64,000 nt of DNA, taken from the NCBI GenBank assembly GCA_963845755.1, contig CAWJTV010000012.1, positions 1-64,000 of the forward strand, read 5' to 3'. The notes below the pieces were generated by a model, which worked only from the letters and a program-made list of their open reading frames with translations, was not told the DNA's origin and did no database searches. Position numbers and translations under genes: made by a program. Source of the DNA: an uncultured Planctomycetota bacterium. GTDB taxonomy: Bacteria; Planctomycetota; Planctomycetia; Isosphaerales; Isosphaeraceae. Positions 43,887 through 53,849 of this stretch are shown piece by piece (positions within the stretch are counted from its first letter, which is position 1; each line of letters starts with the position of its first letter).

Positions 43887-46064
43887 CGACTCGCGCGGCC
43901 TCTCTCCTCGTGGTGGACGACGAAGAGCTCAACCGGGACATGCTCTCTCAGCGTCTGGAGTTGAATGGGTATACGGTGACGGCCGTCGAAAGCGGACGGC
44001 AAGCACTCGCGTTCCTCAATCGACATTCCTTCGATGTCGTCCTTCTGGACGTGATGATGCCCGAGATGAATGGCCTGGACGTCCTGCGGATGGTCCGCCG
44101 AACTCAATCCGCCGCGGAGCTGCCGATCATCATGGTGACGGCCCGTGACCAGAGCGAGGATGTCGTCGAGGCATTCGAGCTGGGGGCCAACGACTATGTG
44201 ACCAAGCCGATCGACCTTCCCGTCGTGCTGGCCCGGATCGCCACTCAGGTCTCCCACAAGCGGGCGCATGCAGCACTGCGCGAGAGCGAGGCACGGTACG
44301 CCCTGGCCGCCCGCGGTACGAACAATGGCCTGTGGGACTGGGACCTCCGAACCGATGAGGTCTTTTTCTCGCCGCGCTGGAAGGCGATGCTCGGGTACGA
44401 GGAAGATGAGCTCGGCACCAGTCCGGACGAGTGGATCCGGCGAATCCATCCGGTAGATACTCCTCGGGTCCGTGCCGCTCTCGACGCCCACCGACAGGGA
44501 TGCACACCTCACTTCGAGAGCGAACACCGGTTGCTGCACAAGGATCAGACCTATCGTTGGATGCTTGCACGCGGGTTGGCGGTCCGGGATTGCGACGGCT
44601 GTGGGCAACGCATGGCCGGCTCGCTGACCGACATCACGGAGGGCAAGGTGGTCGATGCGCTCACGGGCCTACCGAATCGGATCCTTCTCATGGATCGCCT
44701 CGAACGCGCGCTGCGAGCGCTCCTGGCGGAACCCGGACTATCAGTTCGCCGTCCTGTTTCTGGACCTCGATCGATTCAAATTGGTCAACGACAGCCTCGG
44801 CCACCTCATCGGAGACCAACTCCTGACCGCGTTCGCGCGGCGCCTCCAGGGAACTCTCCACGCCCTCAACTCTTCCATCGGATGGTCGGTCGAGCCAACC
44901 ATCGCGCGCCTCGGGGGGGATGAATTCACGATCCTGCTGGAAGACATCAAGGACCCGGCCAACGCGATCCGCGTGGGAGAACGGATCCAGAACGACCTCG
45001 CAACCCCCTTCAACTTGAGCGGACATCAAGTGTTCACCACCGCCAGCGTCGGTATCACCCTGAGTGGTCCCGAGTACGAACGGCCGGAAGATCTGCTGCG
45101 CGACGCGGACACGGCGATGTACGGCGCCAAGGCGACAGGCAAGGCCCGCCATGAGGTGTTCGACGCGAAGATGCGTGCCCGGGCGATGGCTCGGCTGGAG
45201 TTGGAGACCGAGTTGCGCTGGGCCCTCGAGCGCCGCGAGTTCCGGCTTTACTACCAACCGATCGTGACACTGGAGTCCGAGCAACTGATCGGGTTCGAAG
45301 CCCTCGTGCGCTGGCAGCACCCCCGGCGGGGCCTCCTGCTCCCGGAAGAATTCATCCCGGCCGCAGAGGAAAACGGGCTGATTCTATCGATCGGCTGGTG
45401 GGTACTCGACGAAGCCTGCTTCCAACTCTCCCATTGGAAGCACCGCTACTCCAACGAACAGCCCTTGATAATATGCATCAATCTCTCGGGCAAACAGTTT
45501 TCCCAGCCCAACCTCGTCGAACAGATCGAGAGCCGGCTGAATGCGAACGGCGTCGACGCGCGGGCCCTCAAGGTGGAGATCACCGAAAGCGCGATCATGA
45601 GCGATCCGGAATCGGCGGCAGAGATCCTCTCTCGACTCCGCGGCATGGGCGTGCAGATCGGGATCGATGACTTCGGCACCGGCTACTCGTCCTTGAGCTA
45701 TCTACGTCACTTCCCCATCGACACCCTCAAGATCGACCGAGCCTTCATCCAGCGGATGCATGCCGACACCAAGGACTGGGAGATCATCCAGACGATCGTC
45801 CGGCTGGCTCACAATCTGGCCATGGACGTGGTCGCCGAGGGTGTCGAAACGCACGATCAGCGACACCAACTCCAGTCTCTCGGCTGCGAGCATGGCCAGG
45901 GCTTTTATTTCTCACAGGCTGTGGCCGGATCAGACGCCGAGGAACTGCTTTCTCGATACTGGCAAAGGCCCGAAACGGGAAGGGAACCGCGGGCCGACGA
46001 TGCGACCTCGCCCAGCCTGCCCGTCGCCTCGGCGGTCAACGCGGCCTGTTCGATCGGGCAGTAA
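43883..46064 (+). CDS. REC-PAS-GGDEF-EAL diguanylate cyclase/phosphodiesterase (frameshift near 44720)
   Basis: ATGA overlap with the RR. REC VVLLDVMMP; PAS GLWDWD..IHPVD; DALTGLPNR; ARLGGDEF; GFEALVRW; IDDFGTGYSS. Confidence 0.92.
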
Positions 46065-46146
46065 CACCTCTCGCCTTAGAGAGCCTTGACTCGACCGCTC
46101 CTCGCCCGTTCGCGAGAAAGAAAGCGGCATTTCCCCTGCCAGTCAC

Positions 46147-46177
46147 TTTACTCCCCAGGCCCCATGTTTTATATAAC
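46147..46177 (+). promoter_or_regulatory. Possible sigma-70 promoter upstream of hhyS
   Basis: TTTACT-17 nt-TATATA (overlapping TATAAC) in an AT-rich patch of GC-rich DNA. Confidence 0.3.
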
Positions 46178-46288
46178 TAGCTAGGTCAGTCAACTCGAGG
46201 CTGTTGTCGGTGGGCATTCGGAGCAATCGGGTCGGCTGGGCTCCGGACTCACTCCATCCCCTGGCTCCCATTGCAGAAAGGAACCGCC

Positions 46289-47323
46289 ATGGTCGAGCCG
46301 GCGATTCCGTATGGGCGGAGGACCCAGCCGTCTCCAGCCATCGCCGAGATGCACATCCTGTGGATCACCGCCGGACTTGGCTGTGATGGGGATTCGATCG
46401 CGATCACGGCCGCCACGCAACCCAGCCTTGAAGACCTGGTACTGGGTGCGATTCCGGGCCTCCCTACGATCCATTTACACCACCCGGTCCTGGCGTACGA
46501 GAACGGGGACGCGTTCCTGGAGTCGTGGTTCCGCGCAGCGGATGGCCGGCTCGACCCATTCCTGTTGATCCTGGAAGGTTCGATCCCCAACGAGCGGGAT
46601 CAGGAGGAGGGATACTGGGCCGCCGTCGGCGTGGACCGGGCCACCGGCCAACCGATCACCACTTGCGAATGGATCGACCGGCTCGCCCCGAAGGCGTGGG
46701 GCGTGGTCGCGGCCGGGACATGCGCGGCCTATGGCGGCATCCACGCTATCGAAGGGAATCCGACCGGCTGCATGGGCCTGCCGGACTACCTGGGTTGGAA
46801 CTGGCGCTCCACGGCGGGACTGCCGATTGTCTGCGTGCCGGGCTGCCCGGTCCAACCCGACAACTTCATGGAGGTGCTGCTGTATCTTCTCAATCATGCG
46901 GCGGGTCGGGCGCCAGCGATACCCCTTGACGAGGCATTACGGCCCGCCTGGTTGTTCGGGCAAACCCTCCACGAGGGTTGCGATCGAGCCGGGTATTACG
47001 AGCAGGGCGACTTCGCCAAGGATTATGGGACGCGGGAGTGCATTGTGAAGCTGGGATGCTGGGGACCCGTGGTCCAATGCAACGTCGGAAAGCGAGGCTG
47101 GATGGCCGGCATTGGCGGCTGTCCCAATGTCGGTGGCATCTGCGTCGGTTGCACCATGCCCGGTTTCCCCGACAAGTTCATGCCGTTCCTGGATATGCCG
47201 CCGGGTGCCCAGTTGTCCACGACGGCGGTCGCCATGTATGGAAAAGCCATCCGCGCCCTGCGGCAGTTCACCCGCGCGTCGATGAATCGGGAGCCCGAAT
47301 GGCGTGCGCGGGCCGCGAATTGA
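46289..47323 (+). CDS. hhyS: Group 1h-type [NiFe]-hydrogenase small subunit
   Basis: HILWITAGLGCDGDS (CxxD proximal cluster); GTCAAYGG; PGCP; HEGCDR; KLGCWGP..CNVG..CPNVGGICVGCTMPGFPD. No canonical Tat signal. AAAGGA SD. Confidence 0.9.
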   Translation: MVEPAIPYGRRTQPSPAIAEMHILWITAGLGCDGDSIAITAATQPSLEDLVLGAIPGLPTIHLHHPVLAYENGDAFLESWFRAADGRLDPFLLILEGSIPNERDQEEGYWAAVGVDRATGQPITTCEWIDRLAPKAWGVVAAGTCAAYGGIHAIEGNPTGCMGLPDYLGWNWRSTAGLPIVCVPGCPVQPDNFMEVLLYLLNHAAGRAPAIPLDEALRPAWLFGQTLHEGCDRAGYYEQGDFAKDYGTRECIVKLGCWGPVVQCNVGKRGWMAGIGGCPNVGGICVGCTMPGFPDKFMPFLDMPPGAQLSTTAVAMYGKAIRALRQFTRASMNREPEWRARAAN

Positions 47324-47495
47324 CGAGGTTATCGAAGTCCTTTCCACGAATCACCGGGGAGGACCGTCGGACCGGAGCGACCAGGAAGGAATCAATTTGA
47401 AGATTCCAAATTCAATAATGAACATTTTCTTTAATATTTGAATTTTTGACCTTGTTTATGGATGGACTACTCTGATCCGCCGAGGGGCCCGCGAC

Positions 47496-49295
47496 ATGAC
47501 AGCAGGGGCAAATAATCCATCGTCCGGGCAGTCCGAACCACCTCATCTGGTCGAGATGTCGTGGGACCCGATCACCCGGATCGTCGGCAGCCTCGGCATC
47601 CACACCAAGATCGACTTTGCCAACCGGCGCGTGGCGGAGTGCTTCAGCACCTCGTCGATCTTCCGGGGTTACAGCGTCTTCATGAAGGGGAAGGACCCGC
47701 GCGACGCTCACTTCATCACCAGCCGGATCTGCGGCATCTGCGGCGACAACCACGCCACCTGCGCCTGCTACGCGCAGAACATGGCCTTCGGGATCAGGCC
47801 GCCGGCGCTGGCCGAGTGGATCATCAACCTCGGCGAAGCTGCCGAGTATATGTTCGACCACAACCTCTTCCAGGATAACCTGGTGGGCGTCGATTTCTGC
47901 GAGCAGATGGTCAAGGAGACGAATCCCGGCGTCCTGGAACGCGCCGAGCGGACCGAGTCACCCCACGCCGCCTTGCACGGCTACCGCACGATCGCCGACA
48001 TCATGCGGTCGCTCAACCCTTTCCGCGGTGACTTCTACATCGAGGCGCTCCAGATGAGCCGCCTGACCCGGGAGATGTTCTGCCTGATGGAGGGCCGGCA
48101 TGTCCACCCGTCAACCCTCTATCCGGGCGGCGTCGGGACGGTAGCCAGCGTGCAGCTCTTCAGCGATTATCAGGTGCGATTGTTAAAGTATGTGGAGTTC
48201 ATGAAAAAGGTCGTCCCGCTGCACGATGACCTGTTCGACTTCTTCTACGACGCACTGCCCGGTTATGAGGAGGTCGGGCGGCGCCGGGTGCTCCTGGGTT
48301 GTTTCGGGTCCTTCAACGATCCGGAGTCATGCGACTACTCCTACCAGCGGATGACTCAGTGGGGCCGGGCCATGACGGTCACGCCTGGGATCGTTATTGA
48401 CGGCGAATTGATCAGCACGGACCTGGTCGAGATGAACCTGGGTCTTCGAGTCTTGCTCGGAAGTTCTTATTACGACGACTGGCAGGATGCGGAGAGATTC
48501 GTAAAGGAGGACCCGCTGGGCCATCCGATCGATCAGAGGCACCCCTGGAATCAGACCACGATCGCGAAACGGCAGAAGCGCGACTTTCAGGGGAAGTACA
48601 CGTGGGTCATGTCGCCCCGATGGTATGACCCGCGTACCCAGGAGTATCGGGCGCTGGACACCGGCGGGGGCCCGCTGGCGCGCCTCTGGGTCACGGCCCT
48701 GGCCGGCCTCGTGGACATCGGTTACATCAAGGCCACCGGTCGGAGCGTCAAGATCTACCTTCCCAGGACTGCCTCGTTGCCGGAGGTCGAGTTCGAGTGG
48801 GCGATCCCGCGATGGAGTAACACACTGGAGCGCGACCGGGCGCGGACCTACTTCCAGGCGTATGCCGCCGCGGCGGCCCTGTACTTCGTCGAGCGAGCGC
48901 TCGAGGAGGTGTATGCCGGACGGACACGGACCTGGACCGAATTCAAGGTGCCCTTGGAGGCAATCGGTTGCGGCTTCCATGAGGCCGTGCGCGGTATGCT
49001 CTCGCACCACGTGGTGATTCGCGACGGGAAGATCGGCAATTACCATCCCTATCCGCCCACCTGCTGGAACGCCAGCCCGCGCGACATCTACGGCACGCCG
49101 GGGCCCTACGAGGACGCCGTGCAGAATACTCCGATTTTCGAAGAGAACGGCCCCGACCGCTTCAAAGGAATCGACATCATGCGCACGGTCCGGAGCTTTG
49201 ATCCCTGTCTGCCCTGCGGGGTCCACATGTACCTGGGAGATGGCCGGACGGTCCAGGTGCGCCACGCGCCGATGTTCGGCGTCGCAGAGGGGTGA
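47496..49295 (+). CDS. hhyL: Group 1h-type [NiFe]-hydrogenase large subunit
   Basis: L1 TSRICGICGDNH and L2 SFDPCLPCGVH are the group 1h (former group 5) signatures. C-terminal extension MYLGDG... follows L2. Confidence 0.93.
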   Translation: MTAGANNPSSGQSEPPHLVEMSWDPITRIVGSLGIHTKIDFANRRVAECFSTSSIFRGYSVFMKGKDPRDAHFITSRICGICGDNHATCACYAQNMAFGIRPPALAEWIINLGEAAEYMFDHNLFQDNLVGVDFCEQMVKETNPGVLERAERTESPHAALHGYRTIADIMRSLNPFRGDFYIEALQMSRLTREMFCLMEGRHVHPSTLYPGGVGTVASVQLFSDYQVRLLKYVEFMKKVVPLHDDLFDFFYDALPGYEEVGRRRVLLGCFGSFNDPESCDYSYQRMTQWGRAMTVTPGIVIDGELISTDLVEMNLGLRVLLGSSYYDDWQDAERFVKEDPLGHPIDQRHPWNQTTIAKRQKRDFQGKYTWVMSPRWYDPRTQEYRALDTGGGPLARLWVTALAGLVDIGYIKATGRSVKIYLPRTASLPEVEFEWAIPRWSNTLERDRARTYFQAYAAAAALYFVERALEEVYAGRTRTWTEFKVPLEAIGCGFHEAVRGMLSHHVVIRDGKIGNYHPYPPTCWNASPRDIYGTPGPYEDAVQNTPIFEENGPDRFKGIDIMRTVRSFDPCLPCGVHMYLGDGRTVQVRHAPMFGVAEG

Positions 49296-49301
49296 GCGGC
49301 C

Positions 49302-50901
49302 ATGTCGGGAGCTCCGGCCGCCAACGATGAAGAGCTCGAGAACCCGGATTTACGATTACGGACGTTTCGACGCGTGGGCCTGCCCATGATCGCCAATCCA
49401 GAACCTGCTCAACTCGCAACGGCCCCCGAGAGAGGGCTTAGCGATCACTCTGCGGAGGGTGGCCTGACGCTCGAGGAGGCCGAGGAGATCCTCCGGAACC
49501 TGGCTGACTCGGAATCCCGGCCTGAGGCGGCGCAGCTTCGACGGCCCGTTCCGATCGTCCCGAAAGAGGTCGGGAACGCAGTCGGTCCCGAGCCGTTTCA
49601 GCGGGCGGAAGCCCGGTATCGCACTCTGGTCGAGCAGCTTCCGGCAGTCACATTCATGGCGGCCCTCGAAGGGGGAGAAAACGAACTTTACGTCAGCCCT
49701 CAGATCGAGTCGCTTCTGGGCTTCTCCCAGAAGGAATGGCTGGAGGACCCGATCCTCTGGTACCGACAGCTCCACCCGGACGACCGGGTCCGCTGGCACA
49801 ACGAATTCGCGCAGACGTGCGCGATGGGAAAGCATTTTCGCTCAGAGTACCGGTTCCGGGCCCGCAACGGTCGTGTCGTCTGGGTTCACGGCGAGGCAAC
49901 GGTGGTTCGCGATGAGCATGGCAATCCTCTCTTCCTCCAGGGCATCGCTTTCGATATCACGGCACGCAAGCAAGCAGAAGCGACGCTCCGCAGGAACCAC
50001 GAGGAGCTGGAGCGTCGCGTGAGCCAGCGAACGGCCGAGCTCGCCACGGCCAACGACGTCTTGCAAGGGGAGGTCTGCGAGCGGCAGCGAGTCGAGGGAG
50101 AGCTGCGCCGGGTCAATGCCGATCTCGTCGTGGCCCACGAGCGGGCGCTGGAGGCCAGCCAGGTGAAGAGTACGTTCCTGGCCAACATGAGTCACGAGTT
50201 ACGAACACCCCTGAACGCCATCATCGGCTACAGCGAGCTCCTCCAGGAGCTGGCCGCCAAGAACGTCCCGAAGGACCCGACGCCCGGCCTGGAGAAGATC
50301 AACCGAGCCGGCAAGCATCTGCTCACGATTATCAACGATATCCTCGACCTCTCCAAGATCGAGGCAGGCAAGATGCAGCTCTTGCCGGAATGCTTCCTCG
50401 TTTCCGACCTGGTCCGAGAGATGGAGACGACCGTCCAACCGCTCCTGGCCAAGAACGAAAATGCACTGGAAATCCGGTACGATGAGCACCTCGGTACGAT
50501 GTTCACCGACGTGACCCGCGTCCGACAATGCCTCCTCAACCTCCTATCAAACGCGTGCAAGTTCACCCAGAGAGGAACCATCCGCATGGACGTAGCGCGC
50601 GAGACCGAGTCGGATGGCGACTGGGTGCGCTTCCGGATCCAGGACAGTGGCATAGGCATGTCACCCGACCAGGTCGGCCGGCTGTTCGATGCCTTCACCC
50701 AGGCCGATGCCTCGACGACGCGCAAATATGGCGGGACCGGACTGGGTCTGGCGATCACCCGGAAACTCTGCCGAATGTTGGGTGGCGACGTCTCCGTCGA
50801 GAGTGAGCTGGAATCGGGGCTCGGCATTCTTGATCCGGATCCCCGCATCCATCGAGGTAGGTCGGGTCGAGCCTGCCAGTCTGGCGGCGAGAGGCGATTG
50901 A
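49302..50901 (+). CDS. Cytoplasmic PAS-domain sensor histidine kinase (frameshift near 50815; true end 50901)
   Basis: PAS/PAC YVSPQIESLLGF..LHPDD..LQGIAFDIT; H-box FLANMSHELRTPL; NLLSNACKFT; DSGIGM; GGTGLGL; then GSAFLIRIP in ORF 50689-50901. Starts 6 nt after the hhyL stop. No TM segment. Confidence 0.9.
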
Positions 50902-51107
50902 CAGGCTCTCACCAAACGGGCGTCGTCGATTCCGGATCCGGATCGTCTCATCCTCCGGAGAGCGGCCGGATTCGGCTTCGATGGTCTCGGCTCCAACCAC
51001 CTCGACCCAGACGGGCTGATGCGATACACTCATCTCTATCACCGAGAGTCCGACCACCGTGACATGGCATCGGAATACCTAACCCGGCCTTCGGCCGCAA
51101 CCCCATC

Positions 51108-51197
51108 GGGATTCCCGATTCGAGATTCCGGATTCCCGAAGGGGAATGATCCGGGAATCCGGAATCGCGAATCCGGAATCGCGAATTCGGAATCCCC
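51108..51197. repeat. Inverted heptamer arrays (STRR-like hairpin)
   Basis: 4x GATTCNN (51110-51137) facing 6x NNGAATY (51153-51194). Confidence 0.8.
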
Positions 51198-51243
51198 AGA
51201 GGCGCGCACGGCGCAGGGATCGTACCGAGGAAGACTCTAACGT

Positions 51244-52368
51244 ATGCGCGACGTCGTGCGACAAGTCGTCCGGGTGCTGGAAATGGATCGCGAATTGATC
51301 CTCTGCCAGGTCGTGGAGACCCGAGGATCCACGCCTCAGAAGGGGGGCGCGGTGATGGTCGTCGATCCGACCGGCGGGCAGATCGGAACCCTCGGCGGCG
51401 GCTGCGTCGAGAACGAGGTGAAACAGAAGGCGATGCGGCAACTCGGCGGCACCGGCGCGGCCTTGCATTCGTTCCTCCTCGACCATGACTACGGCTGGGC
51501 GGATGGGCTGATCTGCGGTGGCAAAATGGTGATCGTCAGCCAGCCGTTGCGCGGTGCGGAACCGCTGGCCTACTTCCTAGCACTCGAGCGCGTCCTGGAA
51601 GCCGGTGAGGGCTTCACGGAAGCCGTGGTCATCCATCCCGAATCGGACGCCAGTCCGGCCATGGGGAGCCGATTTCTGTTCGATGGAGCGGGACGATTAC
51701 GGGCGAGTTGTCCGTCGCTCTCGGTACCCGAGCGGCTGGCATCGCGGGTCTCGCCAGTCGTTGAGCGGCTAAAACCCCGCGTCGAAGGGGGAGTGGCCTA
51801 CCTTCCGAGCTGGCCGCGGATCCGGCTGGTGATCGTCGGTGCGGGACACGTGGGCCAGGCCGTTGCCGGTCTGGCGGCCCAGGCGGATTTCGACGTCTGG
51901 GTCGTCAACGATCGCCGACAGTACGCCAATGCCGAGAGGTTTCCGTCGGCCCAGCGGATTCTCGTGGGACCGATCGAGGAGGTCCTCGGTTCGTTAGAGG
52001 CGACTCCCCACACATATGCCCTCATCGTCACCCGGGGACATGGACACGACCAGGAGGCGCTCTATCACCTGGCTCCAACGTCTGCATCGTACGTGGGGCT
52101 GATTGGCAGCCGTCGGAAAATCCGCCTGATCTTCGAGGGTCTTCGAGACCAGGGGATTAGTGAGTTGACCCTGAGGCGAGTCGCGGCCCCAGTCGGCCTG
52201 GATATCGGCTCCCAGTCGGTCATGGAGATCGCCATCAGCATCGTGGCTGAGCTGATCGCACGACGCAACCTGGGTCCGAAAGGGCTGTCCTCGCGTCCTC
52301 ACGGCGAGCCTCTCGGGGGCGCGACCGAAGGCGCACATTCGTGTGCCGGCGTCGCGCAGGCATCATGA
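51244..52368 (+). CDS. xdhC: XdhC/CoxI family Mo-cofactor maturation protein
   Basis: GSTPQKGGAVM..GTLGGGCVE; GLICGG; GAGHVG; VTRGHGHD; YVGLIGSRRK; APVGLDIG. Confidence 0.9.
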   Translation: MRDVVRQVVRVLEMDRELILCQVVETRGSTPQKGGAVMVVDPTGGQIGTLGGGCVENEVKQKAMRQLGGTGAALHSFLLDHDYGWADGLICGGKMVIVSQPLRGAEPLAYFLALERVLEAGEGFTEAVVIHPESDASPAMGSRFLFDGAGRLRASCPSLSVPERLASRVSPVVERLKPRVEGGVAYLPSWPRIRLVIVGAGHVGQAVAGLAAQADFDVWVVNDRRQYANAERFPSAQRILVGPIEEVLGSLEATPHTYALIVTRGHGHDQEALYHLAPTSASYVGLIGSRRKIRLIFEGLRDQGISELTLRRVAAPVGLDIGSQSVMEIAISIVAELIARRNLGPKGLSSRPHGEPLGGATEGAHSCAGVAQAS

Positions 52369-53342
52369 TCGCCGCGATCGTTCCCGCCGCTGGCAAGAGC
52401 ACCCGGATGGGGCGGCCGAAACTGCTGATGTCGCTTGACGGGGCGACGCTGCTCCATCGCGTGGTGACCGCGCTGCGCCAAGGGGGGGTGGAGCGCGTGG
52501 TCGTGGTGGTTCCTCCAGCCGATTCGCCCGAGGGCCCCCTGATCGCCGATGAGGCCCGGCACGCGGGTGCCGATGTCGTGAACCCCGTCACCCGACCCGC
52601 GGACATGCGGATGTCTGTCGAACTGGGACTGGCGCGGCTCAGGTCCGATGTGACCCCAAAGGTCGTGCTGCTGGCGCCCGCCGATGCACCGGGCATCTCG
52701 GCCGATCTCGTCGCTCGCCTGGTCGAGACCGCGCTGGGACGGCCCGGCTCGATCGTCGTCCCTTTCCACGAAGGCCGACGCGGTCATCCACTGGTACTAC
52801 CCTGGAACCTTGCTGAGCAGATCCCGGCTTTACCGGCAGGCGCGGGCGTGAATGCGCTCGTCGCTCGCAGCGCGAACTCGATTGTCGCGTTGAACTCGGC
52901 CAATCCCGACGTCCTCGTGGATCTCGACACACCCGAGGACTGGGATAAATGGAGGTGCCGTTCACTCGATAACGATCCCATGAACCAGGATGCGGGCTCG
53001 AATTCCTTTGACCGGTCTCCACTCCCGACTACCAAGATGCAGGTAAGAGTTCGTCTGTTCGCGATCGCGAAGGAGCGCGCCGGTCGCGCTGAGATCCTGA
53101 TTGAACTGCTCGCTCCGGCAACGATCGCGGACCTTCGAACCGCGCTCTGCGCTCATTTCATCGAGCTCGCCCCGTTGTGGTCGAGCGCGCTCATCGCGAT
53201 TGACGAGGAGTATGCCGACGATGAAGCAACCATCTCACCGGATTCTCAGATCGCCGTGATTCCCCCGGTGAGCGGCGGCGCCAGGACGATCTCGACCGCC
53301 CGCCACGATCACTCGAATGAGAGTTTCACCATCGATGATTGA
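52365..53342 (+). CDS. MocA-like nucleotidyltransferase fused to a MoaD/ThiS sulfur carrier
   Basis: PAAGKSTRMGRPKLL; GRRGHP; DLDTPED; then in frame MQVRVRLFA...IAVIPPVSGG plus 20 extra residues. Confidence 0.8.
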   Translation: MIAAIVPAAGKSTRMGRPKLLMSLDGATLLHRVVTALRQGGVERVVVVVPPADSPEGPLIADEARHAGADVVNPVTRPADMRMSVELGLARLRSDVTPKVVLLAPADAPGISADLVARLVETALGRPGSIVVPFHEGRRGHPLVLPWNLAEQIPALPAGAGVNALVARSANSIVALNSANPDVLVDLDTPEDWDKWRCRSLDNDPMNQDAGSNSFDRSPLPTTKMQVRVRLFAIAKERAGRAEILIELLAPATIADLRTALCAHFIELAPLWSSALIAIDEEYADDEATISPDSQIAVIPPVSGGARTISTARHDHSNESFTIDD

Positions 53343-53757
53343 GATCACGAAAACGACAATCGACCATGCGGCCGTCACGGAGCAAGTCCGATCGAACCGC
53401 GCCGGCGCGGTCTGCACGTTCCTGGGGACCGTCCGCGAGTTGACGGGTGATCGTCTCACAGTCTCGCTATCCTATGAAGCCTACCCCGAGATGGCCCTGA
53501 AGAAGTTGGCGGAGCTGGAAGCGGAAGCGCGCCGGCGCTGGCCGATCATCGAGGTGGCGATGGTCCACCGGGTCGGACACCTGGACCTGGGCGACGTCAG
53601 CGTGGTCGTTGCGGTGAGCTGTCCGCACCGGCAGGATGCATTCGAGGCGTGTCGATGGCTGATCGATACCCTGAAAGAGGTCGTACCGATCTGGAAAAAA
53701 GAGAACTGGGCCGACGGGACCGAGGAATGGGTCCACCCCGGGTTGGGGACGAGTTGA
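53335..53757 (+). CDS. moaE: Molybdopterin synthase catalytic subunit
   Basis: GAVCTFLGTVR; LSYEAYPEMA; HRVGHL; PHRQDAF; LKEVVPIWKKE. Confidence 0.93.
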   Translation: MIEITKTTIDHAAVTEQVRSNRAGAVCTFLGTVRELTGDRLTVSLSYEAYPEMALKKLAELEAEARRRWPIIEVAMVHRVGHLDLGDVSVVVAVSCPHRQDAFEACRWLIDTLKEVVPIWKKENWADGTEEWVHPGLGTS

Positions 53758-53849
53758 ACCCCATCGGACCGGCACCGAAATCGCTCCGCTCGTCAATTGT
53801 TCGCATAGAATGACCACGAAGACCTCGCAGGCCCCGAGCGACAGTATCC

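Noticed and set aside
46289..46350. YGRRTQ as a Tat signal on HhyS
   Set aside because: It lacks the RRxFLK consensus and a hydrophobic region; the conserved domain starts immediately afterwards.
50902..51062. C-terminal extension of the kinase in the ORF track
   Set aside because: Read-through caused by an indel near 50815; the proper HATPase end (GSAFLIRIP) stops at 50901.
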